DNA from: an uncultured delta proteobacterium | GTDB taxonomy: Bacteria > Desulfobacterota > Syntrophia > Syntrophales > Smithellaceae | Assembly: GCA_963753975.1 (NCBI GenBank) | Contig: CAVWEH010000004.1 | Span: 128,001-192,000 of the forward strand | Direction: 5' to 3' | DNA length: 64,000 nucleotides | Shown here: piece after piece, positions 51,817 through 63,511 of the stretch | Position numbering within the stretch: the stretch's first letter is position 1 | Layout of the letters: the number at the start of each line of letters is the position of its first letter | The notes under the pieces: generated by a model | Database searches by the model: none | The model's input: the letters and a program-made list of their open reading frames with translations, nothing else | Told to the model about the DNA's origin: nothing | Made by a program: the position numbers and the translations under genes

Positions 51817-54672
51817 TTATACAATCGGCATCCTTATGGTAAATGTCGTCCCCTTTCCTTTTTTGCTTTCGAAGGAAATTTCTCCTTTATGTCTCTGGAT
51901 AATTTCATAGGAAATGTTTAGCCCCAGACCCGTTCCCTTACCCACTTCCTTGGTCGTGAAAAAAGGCTCAAATATCTTGCTTTGATTCTCCCGCGGGATT
52001 CCACAACCCGTATCGGATACCGTAACCCAAATGGAGCCGCCTTTTTCCCATGTTTTGATTTTTATTTTTCCTTTTTTCTCAATAGCATGTATGGCATTAA
52101 TCAAAAGATTTATAAAAACCTGATTCAGTTTTAGGGGATAACATTTAGTCTGGGGTAAATTGCCGTAATCTTTATGGAGAGTGGCTTTTTGTTTTAATTC
52201 ATTCCAAACAATATTAATGCTGCTTTCCATACATTCATTGATGTTAGCTTCTTTATATTCTGCGTTATCCATTCTGGAGAAGCGATTAAGTTCCTGAACA
52301 ATCTTTTGCACTCTTTCCGAACCGTCACGGGATTCCTTAACTAGGAGGTCTATATCGTCAATAGTATAGTCCAGTTTCAATTCTTTGCGCTTTTTATCAA
52401 GTTTCTCGATAGCTTCAATGGCCTTAAGAGATTTAATTGTTTCCGACTGTGCCTGGATAAAATCTTTCAACCTGCGGATGTATTTATCGAGTGTTCCCAG
52501 GTTGCTGGCTATAAAAGCCATTGGATTATTTATTTCATGGGCAACTCCAGCCGCCAGTTGTCCGATGGAAGCCATCTTTTCCTGCTGGAGGATTTTTGCC
52601 TGTGAGGTCTTTAGTTCTTCATAAGCTGCAGCGAGTTTTTCCAAAGTAAGCTGGACATTTTTCCTGCTTTCCTCTATTTCCTGATTCTTCCTGATTAGTT
52701 CTTCCCTGTTTCTCTTTAAAGCATCGTCAGCCCGCTTGCGTTCGGTGATATCGCGAGAAACGCCACTGAATCCTATTTTTTTCCCTTGGGAATCTCTTAT
52801 CAGAGCCACTGAGATTTCGTTAAACTTTTTCGTCTCATCTTTTCTAATAATTTCTATATCTATTATCTTATTTGGTTCACCTGTTTTGTATATATCATTA
52901 AAGATTTGATACATCCTTCTAACTGTTGCTTCATCTTGATACTGCCGGTTGTTCATTCCTATCAATTCTTCTTTGGAATATCCAAGATTCCTACATTCTG
53001 CATTATTAACGAAAGTAAAATTACCAACAAGATCGATTTCAAAACATCCTTCTTCCATGTTCTCGAGAATATGTCGGTATTTTTCCTCACTCCGGCGTAA
53101 TGCTTCTTCCATTTTCTTACGCTCGGTGATGTCCCGGGAAACACCGCGGAATCCAACTGGCTTGCCTTCATTATCCCTGATGAGAGATACCGAAGTTTCG
53201 TAAATCGCTTTTGTCGCGTCTTTTCTGATAGCCTCAAGTTCTAGTATTTCTATAGGGTTACCCGTCCGGTAAAGTTCGTAGTAGGACTGATACATTTTTT
53301 TTGCCGTTTCTTCATCCATATGCCGTCGGTAGTTCATGCCGATAAGTTCTTCTTTGGTATATCCCAGATATCTGCAGCTTGCTTCATTTGCAAATGTATA
53401 ATTACCGTCAAGGTTAAGCTCAAAATAGCCTTCCCGGATGCTTTCCAGAATGCTTCGATATTTTTCCTCGCTCCCCCGCAGTGCTTCTTCCGCCAGTTTA
53501 TGCTCGGTGACGTCGCGCACGTATTCTATAACGCCTTGCATCTCTCCTGTCGCATCATCAACGATAGGGAAGCTATAGAGGTCCAGCCATCCCACGATTG
53601 TATCTCCCGCGCCGCGTTTAGGAACGATTGCGTAAGCCGATTCACCCGTCTGCAGAGTTTGCCAGGTGGGACATGTTTTGCAGCGTTCATCCCGACTGTG
53701 GTAGGCCTTATAACACTTCTTTCCGACAAGCGGCATGTTATAAGCATACCACTGTTCCATCACCGAATTGACGCGGACGATGTTCATAGACTTATCAATG
53801 ATGCTAATACCGTCTCGTATGCTGTTAAAGATGTTGGTCAGGAAGCGTTCGCTTTTACTCAATGCCTCCTCTGTCTGCTTGCGATCGGTAATGTCTCTTA
53901 TAACTGCCAAAACAGCTTGTTCCCCCTCGTACTCCAGGGGGGCCGCCGCTACCTCCGTGTTAATAACCGCTCCATCTGCCCGGAGCATTTTCTCCTCTAT
54001 CAAAGGAACCAATGCCCCGCGTTTGGTCTGCTCCGCTATTCTTTTAAGCACAGTTTTACGGTAGTCCGGATGAATGTAATCTATAATAGGCTTACCCACT
54101 AACTCGTCGGGGCCGGAGACACCAAAGATTTTGGCAAGACTTTTATTCGCAAACACATGGCGACCCTTGGAAGCAATGGCAATCCCATCCGGAGAAAGCT
54201 CGACGACCGTGCGGTACTTCTCTTCACTCCTCCTCAGTGCTTCTTCGGCCTCTCTACGGCTGGTAACGTCTCTGATGATTCCTTTAAATCCTATAGGTTT
54301 ATCTGATGAATCTTTTCTTATAGATGCCGACGCTTCAATGTATCTCTTCGCTCCATCTTTTCCGATAACTTCATAATTATAGCTTATATTGGTATTCCCC
54401 GTTTTGTAAATTTCATTAAATATTTGAAATAGTTTTTTCGCGGTTTCTTTATCCGTATACTGACGGTAATTCATCCCCATCAATTCCTCGCGGGAATATC
54501 CGTATATGCGGCACATGGAGTTATTGAAAAAAGTAAAATTACCTGCAAGGTCTTCTTCATAATAACCCTCTTCCATGTTTTCCAGAATATCGCGGTATTT
54601 CTGCTCGCTCCTGCGCTGAGTTTTTTCGCCCTTACTACGCACAGTTTTTCTACGCTCGGGAATATGTACCAT
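51817..54672 (-). CDS. multi-PAS sensor histidine kinase (NtrB-like)
   Basis: Five PAS repeats, EKMASIGQLAAGVAHEINNP, DTGCGI, PFFTTK, GTGLGL. Confidence 0.92.
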   Translation of the reverse strand: MVHIPERRKTVRSKGEKTQRRSEQKYRDILENMEEGYYEEDLAGNFTFFNNSMCRIYGYSREELMGMNYRQYTDKETAKKLFQIFNEIYKTGNTNISYNYEVIGKDGAKRYIEASASIRKDSSDKPIGFKGIIRDVTSRREAEEALRRSEEKYRTVVELSPDGIAIASKGRHVFANKSLAKIFGVSGPDELVGKPIIDYIHPDYRKTVLKRIAEQTKRGALVPLIEEKMLRADGAVINTEVAAAPLEYEGEQAVLAVIRDITDRKQTEEALSKSERFLTNIFNSIRDGISIIDKSMNIVRVNSVMEQWYAYNMPLVGKKCYKAYHSRDERCKTCPTWQTLQTGESAYAIVPKRGAGDTIVGWLDLYSFPIVDDATGEMQGVIEYVRDVTEHKLAEEALRGSEEKYRSILESIREGYFELNLDGNYTFANEASCRYLGYTKEELIGMNYRRHMDEETAKKMYQSYYELYRTGNPIEILELEAIRKDATKAIYETSVSLIRDNEGKPVGFRGVSRDITERKKMEEALRRSEEKYRHILENMEEGCFEIDLVGNFTFVNNAECRNLGYSKEELIGMNNRQYQDEATVRRMYQIFNDIYKTGEPNKIIDIEIIRKDETKKFNEISVALIRDSQGKKIGFSGVSRDITERKRADDALKRNREELIRKNQEIEESRKNVQLTLEKLAAAYEELKTSQAKILQQEKMASIGQLAAGVAHEINNPMAFIASNLGTLDKYIRRLKDFIQAQSETIKSLKAIEAIEKLDKKRKELKLDYTIDDIDLLVKESRDGSERVQKIVQELNRFSRMDNAEYKEANINECMESSINIVWNELKQKATLHKDYGNLPQTKCYPLKLNQVFINLLINAIHAIEKKGKIKIKTWEKGGSIWVTVSDTGCGIPRENQSKIFEPFFTTKEVGKGTGLGLNISYEIIQRHKGEISFESKKGKGTTFTIRMPIV

Positions 54673-54820
54673 AGACTACCCTCAAACAAACACCTGTAAA
54701 GCTAAACAATTTTATCCAACATTTCATTTACTAATTCAAGAGCTAAAAAAGATAACTCCAGGCAAGGATTCATCTGGAATCAGCAGAAGTCCAGTTTCAA
54801 ACAGAATTAAAACAATTTGA

Positions 54821-56074
54821 TTAAGGTTCTTCTAATTCGATAGATGATTTATCGTCGAACATAATTTCGGCAGGCGAGCACGGCAGTTCCTCCACGGCAC
54901 GCAATTTATTTTGAATCGTTTTCGATTTCTTGCGGGCATCATCTACGGAGTTCGCGGCTTGTTCCAGACGCTTGTGCACGGCATCCAGAACGTCGCCGAA
55001 TCTGCCGAACGCCGTTTTCACTTCACCCAGGACTCTCCAGACCTCACCGGAGCGCCTCTGGATCGCCAAGGAGCGAAAGCCCATTTGCAGGCTGTTCAAA
55101 ATAGCGGCAAAAGTGGTGGGACCGGTAACGACAATATGATAATCGCGCTGCAATGTTTGCACTAAAGAAGTCCGCCGGATTACTTCGGCATAAAGACCCT
55201 CGAAAGGCAGAAACATTATGCCAAAATCAGTTGTCTTGGGCGGCGCAATATATTTTTGCGATATGTCTTTAGCCGACTTCCTAATACTTGCTTCCAGTTG
55301 TTTTATAGCATCATCTGCGGCAATTACATCAGCCCTCTCCTGCGCGTCTAAAAGCCGCTGGTAATCCTCGATGGGAAATTTGGCGTCGACCGGCATCCAT
55401 ACAGGACAGGCATTATCATCGCTCTGACCGGGAAGTTTAATCGCGAATTCCACAATATCGTTGCTGTGTTCCTGGATTTTTACATTCTTGGCGTATTGTT
55501 CGGGCGAGAGTATTTCTTCCAGCAGTGCGCCTAGCTGCACTTCACCCCATGTACCGCGTGCTTTAACATTGGTCAGCACCTTCTTCAGATCGCCGACTCC
55601 GGCGGCAAGATTGCGCATATCGCCCAATCCCTGATGCACCTGCTCCAGGCGCTCTGAGACCTGCCGGAAAGATTCTCCTAGCCGCTTTTCCAACGTATTT
55701 TGCAATTTTTCATCGACGGTTTCGCGCATCCGGTCAAGCTGCCTGGTATTATCCTCTTGAATCTGTTTTAGTTTTTCATCTATAACAACGCGCACCGCTT
55801 CCATTTTTTGTTCGACGGAATCTCCGAATGATTTTAATGACCCCACCAGTTCTTCTCTTTCCTGGCGGGCCTGGGTATGCGCTTCCGCCCGGAATTTAGC
55901 TATTTCATCACGCACCGAACGATCGGTTCTTTCCTGAGAGCCGAGCAATGCATCCAGCTGCTTCTCCAGCGGCCTCAAATCCAGTGAACCTGAAGAGTAC
56001 CTGGATCGCCAAAATTGCAGAGCCAGAATAACAATCGCCAAAGATAAAATTACGGCTAAGAGAAGTGTTTCCAT
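54821..56074 (-). CDS. rmuC: DNA recombination protein RmuC
   Basis: TVDEKL..TLEKRLGESF, KARGTWGEVQL, VDAKFP, KYI.PP.TTDF, GPTT. Confidence 0.92.
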   Translation of the reverse strand: METLLLAVILSLAIVILALQFWRSRYSSGSLDLRPLEKQLDALLGSQERTDRSVRDEIAKFRAEAHTQARQEREELVGSLKSFGDSVEQKMEAVRVVIDEKLKQIQEDNTRQLDRMRETVDEKLQNTLEKRLGESFRQVSERLEQVHQGLGDMRNLAAGVGDLKKVLTNVKARGTWGEVQLGALLEEILSPEQYAKNVKIQEHSNDIVEFAIKLPGQSDDNACPVWMPVDAKFPIEDYQRLLDAQERADVIAADDAIKQLEASIRKSAKDISQKYIAPPKTTDFGIMFLPFEGLYAEVIRRTSLVQTLQRDYHIVVTGPTTFAAILNSLQMGFRSLAIQRRSGEVWRVLGEVKTAFGRFGDVLDAVHKRLEQAANSVDDARKKSKTIQNKLRAVEELPCSPAEIMFDDKSSIELEEP

Positions 56075-56126
56075 TTAATAGTACCGACGATACGCCAGCG
56101 AGGATTGAGATTTCTAAAAGTTGATG

Positions 56127-56165
56127 CATGGCGAGGACGGATTTTTCATCCGCTTTCGCCATGCA
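56127..56165. terminator. intergenic hairpin, possible terminator/processing stem
   Basis: GCATGGCGA..CGGAT-TTTTC-ATCCG..TCGCCATGC. Confidence 0.45.
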
Positions 56166-56177
56166 ATGTTGATAGAA

Positions 56178-56810
56178 TTAAAACACTCTTTGAAAATCTT
56201 TATCTTTCATAATAGTGGTAAAAGCCAAATCCACAAGCCTGTAGGAGCGTTTCTCCAGTTCGGCGGCATTTTCTGTTCTTGACGGTACCATCTTTACCGT
56301 AAAATCTTTCTCTAATTTTGTTACACCATTTTTATATAGGTATACTTTAAAACTGAATTCCTGATCGGTAAGAGATGTTATGGTCAATCCGAATTCGGGC
56401 ACGCCTCTGGCGGCTCGAGCGGCTTCAGGAGGAGGCGCATAACCCCACCAATATGGATGGTAGTAAGGACGCGGACCGCCGCTATAGGAATAATCGACAA
56501 GATTTACTCCGATATGGCGGAAAGCTTTGCGAAAGCAACCCCAATAATAGTTCTCCAGAGTTGCGTCTCCTTCATACTTGTATTTGTTATCCACGCTGAA
56601 ATAATCCCATGCTTTGGTATTGGCGGCCTGATTGGAAAACCCGGCGAGAATCAATTTTTTTCCTTTATAGCGGCTGTAATCACCGGAGCGAAATTGCGGC
56701 GTATATTTGCCCTGGGTCATCATTATTTTGCTGCTGGCGGCGCATCCCACGAGAAAAAGACCGATAATGCAAGCAAGGATTATGCTGCTCCACGTAACAT
56801 TTTTTCCCAT
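56178..56810 (-). CDS. hypothetical lipoprotein
   Basis: Lipobox LVGC after a hydrophobic stretch; SD AGGAGG. Confidence 0.7.
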   Translation of the reverse strand: MGKNVTWSSIILACIIGLFLVGCAASSKIMMTQGKYTPQFRSGDYSRYKGKKLILAGFSNQAANTKAWDYFSVDNKYKYEGDATLENYYWGCFRKAFRHIGVNLVDYSYSGGPRPYYHPYWWGYAPPPEAARAARGVPEFGLTITSLTDQEFSFKVYLYKNGVTKLEKDFTVKMVPSRTENAAELEKRSYRLVDLAFTTIMKDKDFQRVF

Positions 56811-57096
56811 AGCTTATAAATACCTCCTTTTAAAATAATATCGCCGAGCGAATAACCTAACTCATAAATGACGACTGAATATAACGGCTAAAAGATGGAA
56901 GTGTCAAGTAAAAATGACCGGCGCTTTATTAGCCTATTTTATTGCTCCACTTATTTAAAAATTAAAAAAACCTGAATCAATTTCAGAACATATTTGGAAG
57001 TTGCTTTATTTTCTACTTTTCGGTATAAGCGCGTCGTCAATCTTTTTCCGGAGGATATGATTCCGGGAAACACTTTTTATTTATAAGGTTAAAAAG

Positions 57097-60079
57097 ATGG
57101 CGCATAGAATTGAAGTAGGGTTTAAAGAAGGCATTCGTGATGCCTTAGGCGAAAAAACAAAAAAGCGCATTATCGATAATCTTTCCCTTCCCGTCGAAAA
57201 AGTTGCCACCATCGAAATTTATACAATAGCCGGGCCATTGTCGGAAGCTGAATTGCAAGAAGCTGCCGCGGGGCCTTTCTCCGATCCGGTAATTCAGGAA
57301 TTTTTGATTAATAAGCCCCTGGCTAAAAAATTTGACTGGCTGATCGAGGTTGGCTTTCGTCCGGGCGTCACCGACAATGTCGGAAAAACCGCCCGTGAGG
57401 CTATTGAACTATTGCTGGGTGAAAAGATAGACACGCGCGCAGTCAGTGTTTATACTTCCCGCCAATATTTAATCAGCGGCAAAATCGGCCAAGCGGAAGC
57501 AGAAAAAATAGCCTCGTGCCTTTTAGCTAACGATCTTACCGAACGCCATCGGGTCATTGCAGCAAGTGAGTTCGATTTTAGCCGCGGCCTGCCCGCCTAT
57601 GTTCCGCGGGTGCTGGGTAAAGACGAGCCGCAAGTGGCCCAAATTGATCTTGCGGCAGTAGACACAAAAGGACTTTTGAAAATCAGTCAGGAAAAACTTC
57701 TGGCTCTGAATCTGGAAGAGATGGAAGCCATCCAGGTTTACTATCAAAATTCCGCCGTAATCAATGCGCGTAAAAAATTCGGGCTTGATGAAAATACAAC
57801 CGACGTGGAGTTGGAATGCCTGGCTCAGACATGGTCGGAACACTGCAAACATAAAATTTTTAACAGCCGGATCGATTACACGGACGGTCGCAATAAATTA
57901 AAAATTGATTCGCTTTTCAAAAAATATATCAAAGGATCGACGGCCAAAATCCGCAAGGCCAAAGGCAAGAAAGATTTTTGCCTTTCCGTGTTTGTGGATA
58001 ACGCCGGCGTCATCAAATTCAATGACGATCACAATTTGGTCTTCAAGGTGGAGACGCATAATTCTCCATCGGCGCTTGATCCCTACGGCGGAGCGCTCAC
58101 CGGTATTGTCGGTGTCAACCGCGACCCGTTCGGTACAGGCATCGGCGCAAAACTGATCTTCAATACCGATGTCTTTTGCTTTGCCTCACCGTTTTACAAA
58201 AAAAAACTGCCGCCGCGTATTCTGCATCCGCGCCGCATTTACGAGGGCGTGCGCGAAGGCGTGGAACACGGCGGCAACAAAAGCGGTATCCCCACAATTA
58301 ACGGCAGCATTGTTTTTGATGAACGGTTTCTGGGCAAACCTCTGGTTTACTGCGGTACCGCCGGCATTATGCCCGCGAGACTCAACGGCAAGCCGACGCA
58401 CACCAAAGAAATAAAATCCGGCGATGTGGTCATTATGACCGGCGGCAGAATCGGCAAGGACGGTATTCACGGCGCAACCTTTTCATCCGAAGAGTTGCAT
58501 GAAGGCTCGCCCGTCACCGCCGTGCAGATCGGCGATCCGATCACGCAAAAGAAGATGACGGATTTTCTGCTGGTGGCCAGAAACCGCGGCCTTTACCGTG
58601 CTCTCACTGATAACGGCGCGGGCGGACTTTCTTCGTCGGTGGGTGAAATGGCCACCTATTCCGGCGGCTGTGAAATTGATCTGGTGCTGGCGCCTTTGAA
58701 ATACGCTGGCCTTCAGCCCTGGGAGATTCTGGTATCGGAGGCGCAGGAACGCATGACCCTGGCTGTTGACCCCCGGAAAGTGGGCGCTTTCCTGGAGCTT
58801 GCCCGCAAGATGGATGTGGAAGCCACAGCCATGGGCAAGTTTACCAAATCCGGCAAGTTTCATGTCCGCTTCGGCGAAAAAACAGTGGCGTATCTGGATA
58901 TGGAATTTTTACACGAAGGCGTGCCGCAGATGAAGCTGGCAGCCAAATGGAAAGCGCCGAAAAATGCCGAGCCTTCTTTTGCCGAGCCTGGCAATTTAAA
59001 CAAAGCCTTTGTCCAGATGCTTTCGCGTTTGAATATCTGCTCCAAAGAAGCGGTCGTCAGACAGTACGATCATGAAGTGCAGGGCGGCTCCGTTATCAAA
59101 CCCATGGTGGGGGCACAAAATGACGGCCCGTCGGACGCCGGTATTGTGCGGCCGATTCTTACTTCTCTGGAAGGCGTGGTCGTCGCGCACGGCATTTGTC
59201 CCGCGCTACAGCGATATCGATACCTACCACATGGCAGCTTGTGCCATTGATGAAGCCATTCGCAATGCTGTGGCCGTGGGCGCTGATCTCGATCATCTGG
59301 CGGGGCTGGATAATTTCTGCTGGTGCGATCCGGTCAAATCGCCAAAGACGCCCGACGGCGAATACAAACTGGCGCAGCTGGTGCGCTCTAATATGGCGAT
59401 TTATGATTACACGACCGCCTTCGGCGTACCTTGCATCTCCGGCAAGGACAGCATGAAAAACGATTACTCGATCGGCAAGACGAAAATCTCCGTCCCGCCG
59501 ACGCTGCTTTATTCCGTGATCGGCAAAATCGATGATGTACGTACAGCTGTGACGATGGACGCCAAGCAGGCACATGACCTGGTTTACATTATTGGTGAAA
59601 CCAGAGATGAACTGGGCGGCTCGGAATGGTTTTCTCTGCATGGGATGATCGGCAATAAGGTGCCGCAGGTTAATGTAAAAAAAGCGATCAAATCTTACCG
59701 TGCCTTGCACAAGGCGATCCAGGCAGGCCTTGTGGCCTCTTGCCATGATTGCTCCGACGGCGGTTTAGGCATCGCGCTCATTGAAACTGCCTTTGCCGGG
59801 GACTTGGGTATGAACATCGATTTAAACCGCGTTCCTTACCGGGGCAAGAAACGCAACGATTATATTTTATTTTCGGAGACGGCCAGCCGTTTTGTGGTAA
59901 CCATTCATCCGGAGGCTAAAGCACGATTCGAAAAAATCATGACCGGAAATATTTTTGGCGAGATCGGAACAGTCACCGGCGATAGCCCGTTTACAGTAAC
60001 CGGCCTGAATAAAAAGCCGGTCATTAAAGAAAGATTCAATAAACTCAAGGAAGCCTGGCAAAAGCCGCTTAATTTTTAG
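57097..60079 (+). CDS. purL: phosphoribosylformylglycinamidine synthase PurL with N-terminal PurS-like region, +1 frameshift near 59202
   Basis: QTWSEHCKHK, KVETHNSPS, DGIHGA, SEAQERM, QYDHEVQ; then DNFCW, SGKDS, HDCSDGG in the next frame. Confidence 0.93.
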
Positions 60080-60093
60080 ACAGGATTTAATTT

Positions 60094-60918
60094 ATGACCA
60101 GCAAAGTGAAAGCGATCGTACTGACCGGCAACGGCACCAACTGCGAAATGGAAATGGCTCATGCCTGCAAGCTGGCCGGAGCTGATGTGGTCGATATTGT
60201 CCATATCAGTGAATTGCTCTTCGGTGAAAAGCATCTGTCTGATTATACTTTCTTGAATCTGCCGGGAGGATTTCTGGATGGTGATGATCTGGGTTCGGCC
60301 AAAGCCGGGGCCAACCGTTTTTTGCATGCCCGGATTGCCGGAGAAAATGAAATGCTCTTCGCGGAGCTTTTACAATTCATCAAAGACGGCAAATTGATTC
60401 TGGGTATCTGCAACGGATTTCAACTGATGGTGAAGCTGGGTTTATTGCCGGCTCTGAATGGCAATTACACCGGCCAGAGCACAACCCTGACCTTCAATGA
60501 TTCAGGGCGCTTTGAAGATCGCTGGGTTTACCTGAGGGCAAATCTCTACAGCCCCTGCATATTCACCTGCGGAATAGATATGGTTTATTTGCCGGTGCGG
60601 CACGGCGAGGGGAAATTTATTCCAGCGGCCTCTTTCATACTCGATCAAATAGAAGAGAAAAATCTTTGCGCCTTCCAATACTGCAAAAATGACGGCGAGG
60701 TGACAATGGAATATCCGGCCAATCCCAACGGCGCGATCAATGCAATCGCCGGCCTTTGCAATGAAACAGGCCGGCTTTTCGGCATGATGCCGCATCCGGA
60801 AGCGTTTCTGCACCGCACCAACCACCCCCGCTGGACCCGGGAAAATCTACCGGAGGAAGGCCAAGGGCTGGCAATTTTCCGCAACGCCGTGAACTTCATC
60901 CGCAGTAAAGATTTTTAG
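60094..60918 (+). CDS. purQ: phosphoribosylformylglycinamidine synthase glutaminase subunit
   Basis: G.NC..E, PGGF..GD, GICNGFQ, HGEG, NPNG, MMPHPE. Confidence 0.93.
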   Translation: MTSKVKAIVLTGNGTNCEMEMAHACKLAGADVVDIVHISELLFGEKHLSDYTFLNLPGGFLDGDDLGSAKAGANRFLHARIAGENEMLFAELLQFIKDGKLILGICNGFQLMVKLGLLPALNGNYTGQSTTLTFNDSGRFEDRWVYLRANLYSPCIFTCGIDMVYLPVRHGEGKFIPAASFILDQIEEKNLCAFQYCKNDGEVTMEYPANPNGAINAIAGLCNETGRLFGMMPHPEAFLHRTNHPRWTRENLPEEGQGLAIFRNAVNFIRSKDF

Positions 60919-60962
60919 CAGGCAGGTCGGATTGATTAAGAGGAACGCATCCGCCGATTATT

Positions 60963-62096
60963 TTATTCGGCTTTCTTCCCGATGATATCAATTACCGTAA
61001 TCTCCGGCGGCGCAAAAAGACGCACGGGTGGGCCCCAGGTACCGGTTCCCCTGCTCACATAAAGCAGTCTGTTTTTTCCCAATTCATAATATCCGTAATT
61101 GTAGGAGAAAAAAAAGTGTGTAACCAGTCCAAAAGGAAATATTTGTCCGCCGTGCGTATGCCCCGAAATTTGCAAATTGAATTTCTCCCGCTCACTAACA
61201 AACGGCTGGTGCTTTAAAAGCAAAACAAACTTGTCATTTTTCTCGGCCAGCGATTTTTGAAAACGGGGATTATCTTTGGTTATCCCGAGCCTGCGGCCGG
61301 TTATGTCGTCCGCGCCGAATATCTTTATCCCGGCTACCTGCACAATGTCATCACGCAGAACTATAAAACCGGCGTTGCGCGTGAACTCTATCGCACGCTC
61401 GATTCCGGCAAAATATTCATGATTGCCCATAATTGCATATTTTCCATACTTTGGATTAATCGTGGACAATAGTTTCGCCTCCAACGTCATATTATCGATT
61501 TCGCCATCCAGTAAATCTCCGGTAGAAACTAAAATATCGGGATTGGCCTCTCCTACCTTATCGAGAATAGCCTCTAGACGTTCTTCTCTGATAATTACTC
61601 CCACATGCACATCGGATATCTGAACAATACGGATTTTACCGTTATTGGGCAGCGCTTGTTCAGCATGAATTTCCAGATTTTTCACTCTGATTCTTCGGGC
61701 ATCAAAAAAACCGTACACGACAAAGACAAAAGCAAGGCAAACCGCGAGTACGAAAGCAATTGTATTGAGGTGGGCGGTGCCGGGACCATAGCCTACGAGC
61801 TTATATAAATAGCGAATGATATCAAAAGCAACACTGAGGAGAAAAAAAAGAAAAACAAAGCCCATCCAGAGATAACCGATATAGGCAATAATTCGCGCCG
61901 ACGTATCCCAATGAACAGCTTCAGTGAGCCTCACGACGATTGGGGCAAGGATCAGTAGTATCATTACAAAAAAGATTATAATCTGCGAGATACCGGAAAA
62001 ATGGAAAATGTTTATCGCCCGGGAAAAAGCATAAAAATTAATTCCGCCGTAAAGGCAGAAAAAAACCAGAAGAAAAATAATCATACTCAGTCCCAT
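60963..62096 (-). CDS. membrane-anchored metallophosphoesterase
   Basis: SDVH, TGDLLD, GNHE, HQP, SGHTHGGQ, SRGTG.WGPP. Confidence 0.9.
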   Translation of the reverse strand: MGLSMIIFLLVFFCLYGGINFYAFSRAINIFHFSGISQIIIFFVMILLILAPIVVRLTEAVHWDTSARIIAYIGYLWMGFVFLFFLLSVAFDIIRYLYKLVGYGPGTAHLNTIAFVLAVCLAFVFVVYGFFDARRIRVKNLEIHAEQALPNNGKIRIVQISDVHVGVIIREERLEAILDKVGEANPDILVSTGDLLDGEIDNMTLEAKLLSTINPKYGKYAIMGNHEYFAGIERAIEFTRNAGFIVLRDDIVQVAGIKIFGADDITGRRLGITKDNPRFQKSLAEKNDKFVLLLKHQPFVSEREKFNLQISGHTHGGQIFPFGLVTHFFFSYNYGYYELGKNRLLYVSRGTGTWGPPVRLFAPPEITVIDIIGKKAE

Positions 62097-62244
62097 AATT
62101 GTTTAATTCGTTTTTGTGAAGTTAAAGGAAAATAACAGGGAAGTCAATATATAAGGTAGTTCAGCCTAACGTAATAACTTGACAAGGAGATGCCCCTTAA
62201 GCTAAATAACGCATCTCTTGTCGGAATAGTGGTTCAACTGGGAC

Positions 62245-62317
<73 letters not shown>

Positions 62318-62329
62318 CCGGTAAGTTTT

Positions 62330-62366
62330 AGGCAACTCGTTTAAAATTAACTGGATTGCCTTTTTA
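62330..62366 (+). terminator. intrinsic terminator after tRNA-Thr
   Basis: AGGCAA...TTGCCT followed by T-run. Confidence 0.6.
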
Positions 62367-62388
62367 TCTGCATTAGAACTAAACTGTT

Positions 62389-63498
62389 ATGGCCACTGTT
62401 ATTGTTCGCAAAACTTCTTATAATTACGATCGGCTAAAGAAAGTTTTTTTTGAAATTATCGAAACCCTGGCCGGTGATAAAATCAAGCCCGGCAGCCGCG
62501 TTTTGATAAAACCAAACATGCTTTCCGCAGCCGCGCCCCAGGACGCAATACTAACTCATCCTTTAATTATTAAAGCGGCGGTAGAGTATGTTTTACAAAA
62601 AGGCGCCCGACCGCAGGTATCCGATTCTCCGGCAATCGGCTCTTTCGAACATATCCTGAAAATGAATGGCACGAAAGACGCTCTGGCCGGCCTGGACGTA
62701 ACTTGTATCCCCTTTAGAAAGACTGTTCCGGTAGATATTGGAAAGCCCTATGGCCGCATTGACATAGCTAAAGACGCTGTGGAGGCGGATGCAATTATCA
62801 ATTTGCCGAAGCTCAAAACACACGGCCAGATGCTTTTAACTCTGGCTGTAAAAAATATGTTCGGCTGTATCGTTGGTTTTCAGAAGGCACGATGGCATCT
62901 GCGCGCCGGTGTCGATTCCATGGCTTTTGCCCGCCTGCTTGTGGCTATTCATCAGGCTAGCCGGCCAACTGTGTCGATACTGGATGGAATTCTGGCACTG
63001 GAAGGCGAAGGACCCGGCAAAGGCGGAAAACCGCGGCCTATCGGCATTTTAATGGGCAGCTGCGATTCATTCGCACTGGATACTGCTGTGTGCCGGATGC
63101 TGGGGATTGATTATCAAAGTCTACCGGTATTAAAAATCGCCAAAGAGATTAATCTGATCAACTCCTGCGAAGTAGATGGCGATTTGCCAACTGTCTATGA
63201 TTTCCAGTTGCCGGAAACTGGTGGGCTGATATTCGGTCCCCGTTTTCTGCATAATTTTTTGCGCCGTCACACTATGCCGCGGCCTGTCTGCGATAATGAC
63301 CTGTGTAAGCAATGCAGCCAATGCTGGACAATTTGTCCGGCCCAGGCCATCCAATCTTTGGAGGCTGGTGTCAAATTTGATTATCAAAAATGTATCCGCT
63401 GTTATTGCTGCATAGAAGTTTGCCCTCACGGAGCTTTGCACTCCAGGGAAACTAGCGGAGGTAAAATCGTCAGGAATTTAATTGATAAATTTTCGTAA
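62389..63498 (+). CDS. DUF362 domain protein with C-terminal 2x[4Fe-4S]
   Basis: VLIKPN, THP, NLPKLKTH, AVKNMFG, EGEGP, CKQCSQC..ICP, CIRCYCCIEVCP. Confidence 0.88.
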   Translation: MATVIVRKTSYNYDRLKKVFFEIIETLAGDKIKPGSRVLIKPNMLSAAAPQDAILTHPLIIKAAVEYVLQKGARPQVSDSPAIGSFEHILKMNGTKDALAGLDVTCIPFRKTVPVDIGKPYGRIDIAKDAVEADAIINLPKLKTHGQMLLTLAVKNMFGCIVGFQKARWHLRAGVDSMAFARLLVAIHQASRPTVSILDGILALEGEGPGKGGKPRPIGILMGSCDSFALDTAVCRMLGIDYQSLPVLKIAKEINLINSCEVDGDLPTVYDFQLPETGGLIFGPRFLHNFLRRHTMPRPVCDNDLCKQCSQCWTICPAQAIQSLEAGVKFDYQKCIRCYCCIEVCPHGALHSRETSGGKIVRNLIDKFS

Positions 63499-63511
63499 AG
63501 GAAACATTATT

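Noticed and set aside
62223..62242. tRNA-like 5' fragment GGAATAGTGGTTCAACTGG upstream of tRNA-Thr, suggesting an integration scar
   Set aside because: Only ~20 nt, no anticodon or T arm, no integrase or duplicated tRNA 3' end in the window
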